The notes under the pieces are model-generated. The model ran no database searches and was not told where the DNA came from. It saw nothing but the letters and a program-made list of their open reading frames with translations. 64,000 nucleotides of DNA from Lama glama (taxonomy: Eukaryota). The DNA lies in assembly GCA_028534125.1 (NCBI GenBank), contig CM052817.1:40922001-40986000 (forward strand). The letters are read 5' to 3'. This document shows, piece by piece, positions 63,621 to 64,000 of this stretch (position 1 is the stretch's first letter; the number at the start of each line of letters is the position of its first letter). The translations under genes and the position numbers were made by a program.

Positions 63621-64000
63621 CCCCTCAGAGCCTAAGGTAGAGAAACAGTGTGTGGAGTTCGTCACTGCAGAGAACAACAACAACTTCCAACAGCTGACTG
63701 CAGGGATTGGCATGGGCCTCAGCCCACCACTCATCTCAGCAGTCCCCTGGTGTGTGCCATCCAGCAAGTCCGCGGTGGCCTCAAGACCCACTGCCCAGGG
63801 ATGGTTATCTGCATTGTAGAGAATGACAGTTTGGGGGAAGAATTTAATATATATCTCAAGAAAAAATGATGAAGCCCAAAGCAACCAATGTCTGCTATAT
63901 GAAGCCAGCTGCTTAGAATAACTTGGCCAGAATATGGCTCTGAAGCACAACATTCAGATGGAGTTTATAATATGAATATAAAGTGAGGAAGCTGATGAAT

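Larger units (their letters stand above)
61096..63840 (+). mobile_element. Degenerate Ty3/Gypsy (Sushi/chromovirus-like) LTR-retrotransposon pol relic: RT-RNase H-integrase(-chromodomain?), with frameshifts, stops and deletions, interrupted by MER5 and MLT1
   Basis: Collinear motifs translated by hand across frames. RT: LKGPQ...LLDL (to 61326) and MLPFSLHSALPSF (61429-61467; cf. VMPFGLTNAPATF). RNase H: PIEMHASDNAMAMVLS (62180-62227; cf. PFIVEVDASDVAVGAVLS), KEML (62230-62241), VWKHCLG (62264-62284; cf. WRHYLEG), IHYTSGT (62378-62398). Integrase: LLYCHITKLAG (62723-62755; cf. CHDSxLAGH), MDFVTDLLP (62905-62931), VDTLTKMA (62951-62974), RGIPASTIS (63015-63041), SAAHPHTNGLGE (63132-63167), YLDTAKSTYN (from 63208), DHSLELFKI...THPGFHWSPL (63474-63575). 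Confidence 0.88.

Noticed and set aside
62148..64000. Interpretation as MaLR/ERVL internal sequence following the MLT1 LTR
   Set aside because: The motifs are Gypsy-type, MaLR internals lack pol, and RT-like homology also lies upstream of the LTR.
1..64000. CRISPR arrays, operons or other prokaryotic systems
   Set aside because: The sequence is mammalian; no regularly spaced repeat-spacer array or gene-dense region is present.

Overview
Repeat-rich mammalian non-coding DNA, probably intronic. It is very likely camelid, judged from three tRNA-Ala-derived Vic-1-type SINEs and artiodactyl-type L1 3' ends. I recognise no host protein-coding exon, and nearly all ORFs in the track are spurious. 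There is a 500-N assembly gap at 50261-50760. The main result is a heavily decayed Ty3/Gypsy pol fossil of Sushi/chromovirus type on the + strand at about 61.1-63.8 kb. It is visible only by reading across frameshifts: RT, RNase H, integrase zinc finger, integrase core, GPY/F module and a possible chromodomain occur in the correct Gypsy order. Old MER5 and MLT1 insertions interrupt it, so it predates them. Also notable are a full-length U6 snRNA/L1 3' chimeric retrocopy (45557-46115), several L1/SINE/hAT insertions with readable target-site duplications (TSDs), homeodomain-motif-rich unique blocks that may be enhancers, and a good CTCF-like motif. Repeat family names come from my recall of consensus sequences, not from a search, and boundaries of old repeats are approximate.
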